Assembly: GCA_963792895.1 (NCBI GenBank)
Contig: CAWBYA010000006.1
Span: 322,260 to 386,259, forward strand
DNA: 64,000 nucleotides
Direction of reading: 5' to 3'
Origin: an uncultured Acidimicrobiia bacterium
GTDB lineage: Bacteria > Actinomycetota > Acidimicrobiia > Spongiisociales > UBA5794
A program made the position numbers and the translations under genes. The notes beneath the pieces were generated by a model that searched no databases, was not told where the DNA came from, and worked only from the letters and a program-made list of their open reading frames with translations. Below are positions 17,862-26,427 of the stretch, piece by piece; positions within the stretch are counted from its first letter, which is position 1, and every line of letters begins with the position of its first letter.

Positions 17862-20026
17862 CGGACGGGCTCCCCTTCGCTCACCCGTCCCGACACGATG
17901 GTCACGCCGGGAGCGTCTGCCGGCCCGGCCAGGTTCTCGGTCCTGAAGGTGGATGGCAGTTGAGACTGTGTCGCTTCGGAGGCGAGCACTTGGTATGCCC
18001 CGGCGCGACGGGCGAGGTCCGCCGCAGTCTGCACGGTCTCGCCCCACGAGTCGTACACGAATCGCGAGCCGCCCGTCAGTCCGACGGTGACCGGTCCGGA
18101 GTCGAGGCCGGCGCTCATCGTGACGGCTTCATGGTGGTCCGCTGCGAAATCGCGGATCAACTCTCGGACGTCGAGCACGAATGATGCCGCTCGCTGGGCA
18201 TGATCGAGATACGGACGGAGGGTGCCGCATGCGGCGTAGTACGCGTCACCGGTGAGCCGGAACCGATCGACGCCGCGCTGCGCCGCCAAACGGTCCGTCT
18301 CCTCGATGAACTGGTCGATCAACGTGCGGGCATCGCCTGCCGAACCCCGACGCATCAGTGCGCCGATTCCGTGGATCACGACAACGGCGATCGTTGCGTT
18401 CGCCACCTGATCCAACACATCTTGCTCGCCGGCCTCAGCCCGGCCGACAACCAGAGGCGGGAGAAGCCTCCGCAGGAGCGCGCGCCGCTCCGAAGCCCGT
18501 TCCGCCGCATCGGCGTTGCGCTCGGAGAGCGTTGCCAGCATCGTTTCGATGTCGGTGGCAAGCCCGGCGAACTCCTCTGGACAATTGGCGGGCAGAGCGA
18601 TCGAGCTCGAGGCGAGGTCGGAGTCGCCGCTCGCCCGAACGGCCCGCAGCCGGTTCGAGATGGTGCGCAGTGGCTCGAGCAGACGGTTCGACCAACCCAC
18701 GGCGATGAAGGTGATCGCAACGATGAACAGCGCAATCGCGATCAGCAGTCTGCGAACGAAATCCTGGGTCGGCAGACCGAGCTCCTCACGGTCCACCGCG
18801 GCGAACACCGCCCAATCCAGTCCATCGATGCCCAGCGCCCGGTACGCCGACAGAACCTCGGTTCCCAGATAGCTCGTTGTCGCCACGAGTCCGGGCTCGC
18901 TCGTGAGCGCAGCCTCGACTTCGTCGCCATTGACGGGTTGGATGAGCGTGGTGGTCCCGAGCAGCTCCATCAACCTTATCTCGTTTGCGCCGGCGGTCCC
19001 CGCTGCACTGACCGCCTCCAAGTATTCGTCAGGATCCTCGATGAACCCCCGGGCGTCGGATCGCATCCGATCGTCGCCGGCGACGAGGTACGTCTCTCCG
19101 GACGCACCGACGTTCTGCCACGATCCATCGTTCGTTGTGATCGACGAGAGTCGGGAGGCTTCGATGCGAAGTGCGACATATCCCACCAGGGTTCCGTCGT
19201 CGATCACCGGGCTGGCAACGAAGGCGCTCGGCTGGTCGCCTGCCGGCGCGTACTGGGTGAAGTCGGCGACGATCGAGATCCCGGGTTCGGATTGCCGGGG
19301 GAACGAACCGATCAGTGCGGCGAGCGCGCTGCCACTCTGCGGACCGCTCAGCAGGCTCGTCGCGAAGTCGATGTCCTTCGAGGTCGAGTACACGATGGTG
19401 TTGTTCTCGGGCTCGATCAGATACAGATCGTCGACCCCGTTCCGGATCACGAACTCGTCGAATGACTCGCTGAGAGCGCGATGCACGTCCGACCACCGAC
19501 TGCCGTCACCGGCGTCGACGACAATGGCTCCGTCGTCGCCGTGCGCCGGAACGACGTAGTTCGCCTGCAGGTAGATCGCCGCAGGGTTCTCGGGTACGAG
19601 GGTCGCGGCGCTCACCGGGCGGTCGCGCACCTCAGCCAACTGCGGAGCAACGACGTCGAGGTAGTAGTCACCGACCGCCGACCGGTCGGCGGGTGAGGGG
19701 GTTTCGGACTCCAGTTCCCGGTAGGCCGAGGCATATTCTCGGACGGCGTCGGCCGTGCTCGGGCTGATCGCCTGGCTGATCGCTCCCCGCCGTAGGCTCT
19801 CGACGTAGCGCTCGACCTGGTCGGCCTGGGATGCCGCAAGGGCGCTCAGGCGATCGCGCACCACCTGCTCGGCCACTTCGCTGCCCCGCTGCAACCCGAC
19901 GACCGATGCGATGACGAGGGAGGCGAGCGCAACGACAACGAAGACGAGCGAGAGCCGAGTCGCAGCAGAAGTGTCCCTTCCGATCCGGCGTGGCAATGTC
20001 GTGAGTCTCGAGAAGCGTGGGCGCAC
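17858..20026 (-). CDS. second membrane sensor adenylate/guanylate cyclase (TM - extracytoplasmic domain - TM - HAMP - cyclase domain)
   Basis: Same architecture as 14167..16323. HAMP-like LEPLRTISNRLRAVRASGD…, then a cyclase-homology region (…RFRLTGDAYYAACG…, …VGLTGGSRFVYDSWGETVQTAADLARRAG…). Confidence 0.85.
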   Translation of the reverse strand: MRPRFSRLTTLPRRIGRDTSAATRLSLVFVVVALASLVIASVVGLQRGSEVAEQVVRDRLSALAASQADQVERYVESLRRGAISQAISPSTADAVREYASAYRELESETPSPADRSAVGDYYLDVVAPQLAEVRDRPVSAATLVPENPAAIYLQANYVVPAHGDDGAIVVDAGDGSRWSDVHRALSESFDEFVIRNGVDDLYLIEPENNTIVYSTSKDIDFATSLLSGPQSGSALAALIGSFPRQSEPGISIVADFTQYAPAGDQPSAFVASPVIDDGTLVGYVALRIEASRLSSITTNDGSWQNVGASGETYLVAGDDRMRSDARGFIEDPDEYLEAVSAAGTAGANEIRLMELLGTTTLIQPVNGDEVEAALTSEPGLVATTSYLGTEVLSAYRALGIDGLDWAVFAAVDREELGLPTQDFVRRLLIAIALFIVAITFIAVGWSNRLLEPLRTISNRLRAVRASGDSDLASSSIALPANCPEEFAGLATDIETMLATLSERNADAAERASERRALLRRLLPPLVVGRAEAGEQDVLDQVANATIAVVVIHGIGALMRRGSAGDARTLIDQFIEETDRLAAQRGVDRFRLTGDAYYAACGTLRPYLDHAQRAASFVLDVRELIRDFAADHHEAVTMSAGLDSGPVTVGLTGGSRFVYDSWGETVQTAADLARRAGAYQVLASEATQSQLPSTFRTENLAGPADAPGVTIVSGRVSEGEPVR

Positions 20027-20106
20027 GGGCTGAAGCTAGCTGAGAGGAACGACCTGGCGAAAGCTCGGTGACGGACCTGAGACGCCCGCGATGATCGTCT
20101 GCCGGT

Positions 20107-20982
20107 CTAACGCACCGCCGCAACAGGCACCAGGAATGCTCGATAGCCGTAGAGCCCGAATGCGGCCGCCGTCAGCACGTGCCACGCGGCGTGCCCCTGG
20201 AGCGCGCTCGCCGGATCGCACAAGGGACCACCGGTTCGGCCGAGCAGATTGACAAGGCCGCCGGCGAGGAGCAGCACCATGACCGCTGCCAACCACGACA
20301 CGAGTTGGGATGAGATTCGTTCGCGGCGACCGGCCCGATACAGGTAGGTCTCCAGCCCGAGGGCGGCGAGACCCACGACTGCGCTCAGCGCGATCCCCAC
20401 GTTCGGTGACACCGCCATGGCCACGCCGATCAGGGCCGTGATGCCGGCGAAGAGCCCCATGACAAAGCCTTCACTCCAGCCCTGCATCGTTCCGACGGCG
20501 CGAGCTGCGATCAGGGCGAAGACCGATGCAATCGTGAGGTCGTGAACGAGGCGAGCCCCGGGGGGCATAGGACCGTGAAAGAGAATGCTCCCCACCCCGA
20601 CACCGGCGAGAGCGATGCCGAACGCCACCTGTGTCATCGTCTCATGGCCGCGCCGCCGAAGGGCCGAGACAACGATCCACGCGCCGAACACCATGTAGGC
20701 GCCGCTCGAGAGCGTGTTCACCGGCTGGGCGAGCCATCCTTCACCGATCGCCTCACAATCCGATGCGCCGATCTGGCCGGCACGCGCGACAGTGAAGGAG
20801 TCCAGAGCCACCACCGCATTGTGGCATGTGCCGGCTGGGTCACCGGACTCGAGACGCCCGCCGAAATCCTGGACCCACGATGGGCCTCCGACCGACCCGA
20901 CGATGTCGAGAGCGAGCCAGGGACGCAACCGCCGCGGAGCCGGGACCATGCCCGCCGGCTGCCTCCTCACCTCTGGGGGCAT
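20107..20982 (-). CDS. ceramidase-family (alkaline ceramidase / YwaF-like) integral membrane protein
   Basis: CEAIGEGWLAQPVNTLSSGAYMVFG matches the C-E…EP-x-NT-x-SN motif of the ceramidase family. Several TM helices follow, and the conserved His pair is in LQGHAAWHVL. Confidence 0.55.
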   Translation of the reverse strand: MPPEVRRQPAGMVPAPRRLRPWLALDIVGSVGGPSWVQDFGGRLESGDPAGTCHNAVVALDSFTVARAGQIGASDCEAIGEGWLAQPVNTLSSGAYMVFGAWIVVSALRRRGHETMTQVAFGIALAGVGVGSILFHGPMPPGARLVHDLTIASVFALIAARAVGTMQGWSEGFVMGLFAGITALIGVAMAVSPNVGIALSAVVGLAALGLETYLYRAGRRERISSQLVSWLAAVMVLLLAGGLVNLLGRTGGPLCDPASALQGHAAWHVLTAAAFGLYGYRAFLVPVAAVR

Positions 20983-20995
20983 TAGATTCCGCGCA

Positions 20996-22330
20996 ATGGC
21001 CGGTGTGCAGGGCTCCGCGACAACCCGAAAGCAGCAGTTGATCAGGAAGCTCGCCGGCCTGATCGTTCGCGGCGTGTACCGCCGTGTCGATGTCGTGAGG
21101 ACCGACGATGTCGTGAACGGCCCGCAGATGTCGGTGTCGAATCACTTCGGCGGCTTCTCCGACCCGCTCCTGCTGGTCTATGCCATGCCGCGGCTGCCAC
21201 GGATCATCGCACGCGACGTCATCTGGCAGTACCCCGTCGTGGGGTGGCTCATGAGATGGGTCGGCGCCATTCCCGTGCACAAACCGGAGGATCGTGGTCC
21301 CGGAAGCAACGACGCGATGTTTGCGTCGGCCTACGAGGGCCTCGAAGAGGGTGCGAGCCTGATGATCTTCCCGGAGGGCATCACCCGCGACGAGCCGTCG
21401 ATCGCCCGGATCAAGACCGGTGCGGCACGGATCGTGCTGGGCGCTCGAGAGAAGGGCGTCACCGGGATCAAGATCACGCCCGCCGGAATCCACTACGAGG
21501 ACAAGGCTGCGCTGCGCAGCTCGGTGTCCGTCCACGTGGGGCGTCCGTTGGACCTCGATGCGGACATCTCCACCTTCGTAGAGCCGGGAGCCGATACCGG
21601 ACCGTCGAACCGGACCGCCGTTCGGTCGTTGACGGACGAGATCGAGCAGCGGCTGCGGCGAGTGGCCCCCGACTTTGGGGACTGGGAGGAAGCCAGGACG
21701 ATGACGCACGGGGCAGAGATCCTGCTGCGAACCCTTGCCGACGAGCCGGCCGCCGACCCCCCGCTCGCCGCCCGCGACGCGATCGCCAACCATCTCGGTC
21801 GCAAACCCGATTCCGTCAAGACTGAGGTCGTCACGGCCGTCTCGCACTACGAACGGCTTCTGTCCGATCTCGGTGTCACCGACGCTGAGCTGCTCTCGGG
21901 CATGACGGGTGGCCGACTCCTCCGGCGTCTCATCGGCCGGCTCCTGCTCTCGATCGTGTTGCTGCCATTTGCCCTCGTCGGCGCCGCCATCAACTGGATC
22001 CCATACCTCATCGTCAAGGGCGTCGGCCTTCTCCGTGTGGCGCCTGCGGTCCAGGCGACCATCAAGCCGATGACGGCCATCGTTGCATTCGGCCTGACCT
22101 GGGGCGTTGTGGTGTGGGGGGTCTCTCGCGAATACGGGCTCGGCGGAGCGATGCTGGCAGTGCTGCTCATCCCGGTGTATCTCGCCGCGGTGATCGTTTT
22201 CTCGGAACGAGTGGCAGGGTTGTGGACTGCCCTTCAGGCTTGGCGGGGCCTGCGGGCGGCGTCCGGCTCGGAGGACATCATTGCGGCCACGCGTCGCGAG
22301 GTTGTCGGCACGTTGGTGAGGTCGTTGTGA
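20996..22330 (+). CDS. lysophospholipid (glycerol-3-phosphate/1-acylglycerol-3-phosphate-type) acyltransferase with a C-terminal membrane domain
   Basis: Acyltransferase motif I SNHFGGFSDP and motif III LMIFPEGIT. Start chosen at MAGVQGSATTRKQQL, because the upstream part of ORF 20714.. overlaps the ceramidase gene. Confidence 0.8.
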   Translation: MAGVQGSATTRKQQLIRKLAGLIVRGVYRRVDVVRTDDVVNGPQMSVSNHFGGFSDPLLLVYAMPRLPRIIARDVIWQYPVVGWLMRWVGAIPVHKPEDRGPGSNDAMFASAYEGLEEGASLMIFPEGITRDEPSIARIKTGAARIVLGAREKGVTGIKITPAGIHYEDKAALRSSVSVHVGRPLDLDADISTFVEPGADTGPSNRTAVRSLTDEIEQRLRRVAPDFGDWEEARTMTHGAEILLRTLADEPAADPPLAARDAIANHLGRKPDSVKTEVVTAVSHYERLLSDLGVTDAELLSGMTGGRLLRRLIGRLLLSIVLLPFALVGAAINWIPYLIVKGVGLLRVAPAVQATIKPMTAIVAFGLTWGVVVWGVSREYGLGGAMLAVLLIPVYLAAVIVFSERVAGLWTALQAWRGLRAASGSEDIIAATRREVVGTLVRSL

Positions 22331-22653
22331 GAGGCGGGTTGCTCCTGCTTCCGGTCGTCGTTTCGATACCGGCGCTCCTCGTGATGGGGGCCACGATCGC
22401 CGACGCGGTCGGCCGTCCGGACCTCGGGCGCGGACGCAAAGCGCTCTGGACGGTCGCCGTCGCGGTCATGCCGGTGATCGGCGTGCTCATCTACCTGATC
22501 GCACGACCATTCGACGATCCCGGCCACGGATTGGCTGAAGGCAACGAGCGGACGGCCGAGTTGCTGGCGGTGTTGGACCGCCAGCAGGGTGGGGAGTTGC
22601 CACCGGCCGAGTACGCAGCCGCCAAACTGCGCATCTTCGGCGACGTGCTCTGA
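22327..22653 (+). CDS. PLDc_N-like small membrane protein with SHOCT-like C-terminus
   Basis: GTG start overlapping the acyltransferase stop (GTGA). Sequence …VRGGLLLLPVVVSIPALLVMGATIADAVGRPDLGRGRKALWTVAVAVMPVIGVLIYLIARPFDD… and a C-terminal …LPPAEYAAAKLRIFG. Confidence 0.65.
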   Translation: MRGGLLLLPVVVSIPALLVMGATIADAVGRPDLGRGRKALWTVAVAVMPVIGVLIYLIARPFDDPGHGLAEGNERTAELLAVLDRQQGGELPPAEYAAAKLRIFGDVL

Positions 22654-22660
22654 GGGAGGC

Positions 22661-22849
22661 GTGCTGCCGCGCCGCCTCATCGTCGGGTGGTCGTTCATGG
22701 GGCGCCCCGGCTCGGAGGCGATCATCCCGATCTCGATCGCGATGAACTCGGTCGACCACGACGGCGCCCGCCGCGCCGTGGCATCCGGCACCGTGGGCGG
22801 CACCAGCCCCGAGGAGAGCAAGCACGACTGGGAGCAGCGAGCCGGCTGA
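22661..22849 (+). CDS. small hypothetical protein (62 aa)
   Basis: GTG 7 nt after GGGAGG. Third-position GC is about 95% across the frame (VLPRRLIVGWSFMGRPGSEAIIPISIAMNSVDHDGARRAVASGTVGGTSPEESKHDWEQRAG). Confidence 0.45.
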   Translation: MLPRRLIVGWSFMGRPGSEAIIPISIAMNSVDHDGARRAVASGTVGGTSPEESKHDWEQRAG

Positions 22850-23074
22850 TCCTGTCGCCACCGCTCGCACACGCCGTCGCCGATATCACCATCCTCACCG
22901 AATCGGGCGCATCGGGCGACTTCGTGCCCTAGACCCGTGCTCGTCGACTGCGACCCTGACCGCGCGGCCGCGCGACGTGCCATCAAAGGAGCGGTGTGGC
23001 GGGTGCTCGCAAGGGCTGACGGGCGCTGCTTGACTGACCCCCACGATGGACTGCGCTTCACGTGGAGGTTGAGC

Positions 23075-23629
23075 GTGACCAATGACATGACCACTCCCGC
23101 ATTGCTTCGAGACGCGCGGTCGCTCCTCGTCTCCGGCGGCATCGCCAGCCTCGTCATCGGGCTCATCCTGCTCGTGTGGCCGGCCGCGACTGTGGCCGTC
23201 TTGGCCATCCTGTTGGGCATCGACCTGATCGCTCTCGGCGTGCTGATCTTGATCGCGAGCTTCGCCGGCGAAACCTCGGTGGCCGATAAGATCCTTGGGG
23301 CGTTCTTGGGAGTGCTGAGCGTTCTCGCCGGTGTCACGGTGTTCGGCCGGCCTCTGCAGACCGTCGGTGTGGTGGTGGTCGTTGTCGGCGCATTCTGGGT
23401 TGTCGGTGGCGTGATCGAGTTCGTGCGAGGCCTCGTCGGCGCAACCGCCGAATCGCGCCTGCTGGCGATGTTCAGCGGTGCGCTTTCCGTCGTCTTCGGG
23501 ATCGTTGCGTTGTCGTGGCCCGGCCCCACCGTCGCAGTCGTCGTCCGACTGGTGGGCATCTGGTCGGTTCTCTCCGGCGGCGTCCGCCTCTTCATGGGAC
23601 TCCGGATCCCCAAGGCAACGACCGGCTAA
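23075..23629 (+). CDS. HdeD-family (DUF308) acid-resistance-type membrane protein
   Basis: Repeated TM hairpins with the DUF308 pattern …GGIASLVIGLILLVWPAATVAVLAILLGIDLIALGVLIL… and …FSGALSVVFGIVALSWPGPTVAVVVRLVGIW…. GTG start 6 nt after GGAGG. Confidence 0.75.
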   Translation: MTNDMTTPALLRDARSLLVSGGIASLVIGLILLVWPAATVAVLAILLGIDLIALGVLILIASFAGETSVADKILGAFLGVLSVLAGVTVFGRPLQTVGVVVVVVGAFWVVGGVIEFVRGLVGATAESRLLAMFSGALSVVFGIVALSWPGPTVAVVVRLVGIWSVLSGGVRLFMGLRIPKATTG

Positions 23630-23727
23630 CGGCTCGCGGGCGACCGATTCGCCCCACACGCGATATGTTCCGCGACCCGGTTGCCCTCCTAGGTGGGCAA
23701 AACAAAGGACCGGGATCGCGGCCGTGT

Positions 23728-24033
23728 TCAGATCTGGGGATCGATCTCCGGGATCTCGAGAGGCGGGTGAGCCTCGATGTGGAGAACTGCCACTCCCGGC
23801 CTCCGCCGCCGCACGGGGCGGAGCGGGCGACGGCGCAGGGAACCGCCGCCACGTTGGGGCCGTGATGCCGTGGGCGACCGGATCACAGCGATCGAAACCG
23901 CAATGAGCATCACCCACCGGATGGGGAAGTACGGCAACCAGGCGAAGGCCGCCAAGCCGGCGAGCGATCGCGAGATGACGGCGGTGCACGCCCACACCGC
24001 GCCTCGGAAGAGCCCGAAGCCGGCGAACAGCAC
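23728..24033 (-). CDS. possible small membrane protein (low confidence)
   Basis: The first 55 codons have about 90% third-position GC and encode two hydrophobic helices (MLFAGFGLFRGAVWACTAVISRSLAGLAAFAWLPYFPIRWVMLIAVSIAVI). The C-terminal half is Arg-rich with lower GC3. Confidence 0.3.
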   Translation of the reverse strand: MLFAGFGLFRGAVWACTAVISRSLAGLAAFAWLPYFPIRWVMLIAVSIAVIRSPTASRPQRGGGSLRRRPLRPVRRRRPGVAVLHIEAHPPLEIPEIDPQI

Positions 24034-24258
24034 AACGCCCCGACGATGAGGTGGATCCAGCCAACGCGGTCACGTCGAATTCGAGGATCCACTCGTCGGT
24101 CACGACGAAGGTTGATCGAAGATGGCGACGGGCCTGCGACTGCCCACCGGCCCCACATGGATGCCGTACCCGCATGCTGCGAATCGGCTGAACCGCTCCG
24201 GCCCCTGACCGCGGCCACTGCGACGACCTTCGTGCCCGCTTCGAATACGCTTTCCTTG

Positions 24259-25284
24259 ATGGGCGCAGAAAGCGACGTGACCGAGGCGGACAAGATGTCC
24301 CCCGGCGGCATACGAGCCTGGCCGTGGGTTGCGGCCGCGATGGTTGCGGTGCTGCTCGCATTCATCGCACCCTTGGTGTGGCTGCCGGGCACCTCGCAGG
24401 GCCGCGCCGAAGCCCTGTCGATCGAGTACGAATCGGCGCTCCGCGCGCTCCGCAACGGACTCCCCGAGACACAGCGGGCGCTCGTCGTGCTCACGGAACC
24501 CGCGGCCCAGCCAGGCGAGCTCCGTGAGCTGCTTCCCGCGCTTTCGAGCCTCCATGGAGCCGTCGAGGTTGCACGCGACCGGGCCGCCGATTCGATTCCG
24601 TTTGCGTGGCCTCTCGCTCCTTCCGAGCCGTTTGAGACATTGCGGCCGAGTCGCGACGCCCTTGCCCGGGCCGCAGACGAAGCAGGTGAGCTGTTGGACG
24701 ATCTCGTCGATGTCTTGAACTACCGGGCCGCTCTCGAAGAAGTCCTCGTCATCGATGCGCTTCCTCTCGTGCCGCCGCTCAACTTCAAGCGATTCAAGGC
24801 ACACCTCGGTGATGTCGTTGCGGCGCAAACGGCCCTGCTGGGCGAGCTCCCCCGGCCCAGGCTCTTGCGCGACCACGCCTCGCAGGTCCGGGACGCGGTG
24901 GGACGCCTGGACGGCTGGGCCGAGGAGTACGTCGATGCGCTTTGGATCGGTGAAACGTCGACAGCCGCCGCTCTCCTCGATGAGCTTCGATCGACTCGAG
25001 AGGCACTCGACGCGACCCTCAGCGCCGAGCTGTCGACGATCCGGTCCCATGTCGACGCCACGATCCTTGCCTTCGCAGCAGATCTCGAGGAGGCCCTCGC
25101 CGTCGTGAAGCTTGCGAGCGACATCGACTCGGAGGAATTTCAGACGCGGCTGCCCGGTCCTTGGCCGGTGGACGACCCGGTACTGGAGGTGCCGAGAACG
25201 GCGGGTCCGACGGCCCTGGCGCCGGCAGCGACTCCCGATCCTGACGCCCGGCTAGCCTCCGCGCATGTCCAATCCCACGGCTGA
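24259..25284 (+). CDS. hypothetical N-terminally membrane-anchored protein
   Basis: Start chosen at MGAESDVTEADKMSPGG…, followed by one TM helix (AWPWVAAAMVAVLLAFIAPLVWL) and an Ala/Leu-rich helical domain. Its 3' end overlaps the next gene by 20 bp. Confidence 0.5.
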   Translation: MGAESDVTEADKMSPGGIRAWPWVAAAMVAVLLAFIAPLVWLPGTSQGRAEALSIEYESALRALRNGLPETQRALVVLTEPAAQPGELRELLPALSSLHGAVEVARDRAADSIPFAWPLAPSEPFETLRPSRDALARAADEAGELLDDLVDVLNYRAALEEVLVIDALPLVPPLNFKRFKAHLGDVVAAQTALLGELPRPRLLRDHASQVRDAVGRLDGWAEEYVDALWIGETSTAAALLDELRSTREALDATLSAELSTIRSHVDATILAFAADLEEALAVVKLASDIDSEEFQTRLPGPWPVDDPVLEVPRTAGPTALAPAATPDPDARLASAHVQSHG

Positions 25285-26329
25285 TCAGGTCCCGGAGGCA
25301 GCGCCACCGTCGAAGAAGCGGCAGGTGATCGCCAGCGTCGTGACGCTCGTCACGCTCGTGATCGTGTTCGCCGTCATCCTTCCGCAGTTCGCCGACTACG
25401 GGCGAGCATGGGACGCCATCCAGGCGCTCTCGGGCGCTACGTTCACCCTCCTGATCCTTGCGACCATCGCCACGGTCGCCGCCTATGTGGTGCCGTATCA
25501 GGCCGCCCTGCCGGGAATCCGCTACGGCCCCGCCTTCGTCATCCGGCAGACGTCGTTCGCCATCAGCAACGGCGTCCCCGGCGGCGGAGCATTCGGGCTC
25601 GGTGTGCAGTATCAGATGCTGAGCGAGTACGGGTTCGGTTCCGGCCCCGCGACGGCCGCCATCGGCGTGACGAGTGTCTGGAACACCCTGGTGACGCTCG
25701 GGCTGCCCGTCCTCGGCGTCCTTGCCCTGGCGCTCTCGGGTCGACTCGATGCCAACGTGCTCGGCGCTGCGCTGCTCGGACTGCTCGTACTGGCGGCGCT
25801 CATCGGCGGGCTGGTGATCGTCTTCCGGAGCGCCTCGGCCGGCAGACGTTTGGGCGAGTTTGCCGACCGACTCGCCGCAAAGGTCATGGGGATCTTCGGC
25901 AAGGAGGCACGCTTCGACCTCACGGGGAAGCTTCTGGCGTTCCGGGTCGCAACGGTCGACGTCGTGGCGAAGCGGGCGGCAGCGATCACCGGCGCCAACG
26001 TGCTCCAGCAGTTGATGCAGTTCCTGGTGCTCTTCGTTGCGCTCCGTGGTATTCAGTCTGGCGCGTCTGCACAGACGACGTTCGGCGAAGCGCTCGTTGC
26101 CTTCTCGGTGGGGCGCCTGGGCAGCTTCGTCCCCGTGACGCCGGGTGGACTGGGCACCGTCGACGCCTTGATCACAGGATTGCTGGTTGCGTTCGGCGCG
26201 GACGATGCGGATGCGTTGGGGGCGGTCATGGTCTGGCGAGCGGCGACCTTCTTCCCGCAGATCTTCATCGGGATCGGCACCTTCCTCTACTGGCGACGCC
26301 GCAAGGGCCGGGCGTTGCGCACCGCATGA
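25265..26329 (+). CDS. UPF0104/YbhN-family membrane protein (lysylphosphatidylglycerol-synthase TM-domain-like, flippase-like)
   Basis: Eight-TM protein with the family signature …SVGRLGSFVPVTPGGLGTVDALITGLLVAFG…. Confidence 0.8.
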   Translation: MSNPTADQVPEAAPPSKKRQVIASVVTLVTLVIVFAVILPQFADYGRAWDAIQALSGATFTLLILATIATVAAYVVPYQAALPGIRYGPAFVIRQTSFAISNGVPGGGAFGLGVQYQMLSEYGFGSGPATAAIGVTSVWNTLVTLGLPVLGVLALALSGRLDANVLGAALLGLLVLAALIGGLVIVFRSASAGRRLGEFADRLAAKVMGIFGKEARFDLTGKLLAFRVATVDVVAKRAAAITGANVLQQLMQFLVLFVALRGIQSGASAQTTFGEALVAFSVGRLGSFVPVTPGGLGTVDALITGLLVAFGADDADALGAVMVWRAATFFPQIFIGIGTFLYWRRRKGRALRTA

Positions 26330-26427
26330 CACGGCGACGCCGGATGCCGAAGGTCTATTCTCCACCGCCCAATACTCCGACGGGTCCGGTTCCGTAAAGC
26401 TTTTACCATCTGGTCGAGGAGACATTC

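Noticed and set aside
22895-24361. 488-aa minus ORF (also 22234..23613 minus)
   Set aside because: Extremely Arg/Pro-rich nonsense; antisense to the HdeD-family gene and downstream region.
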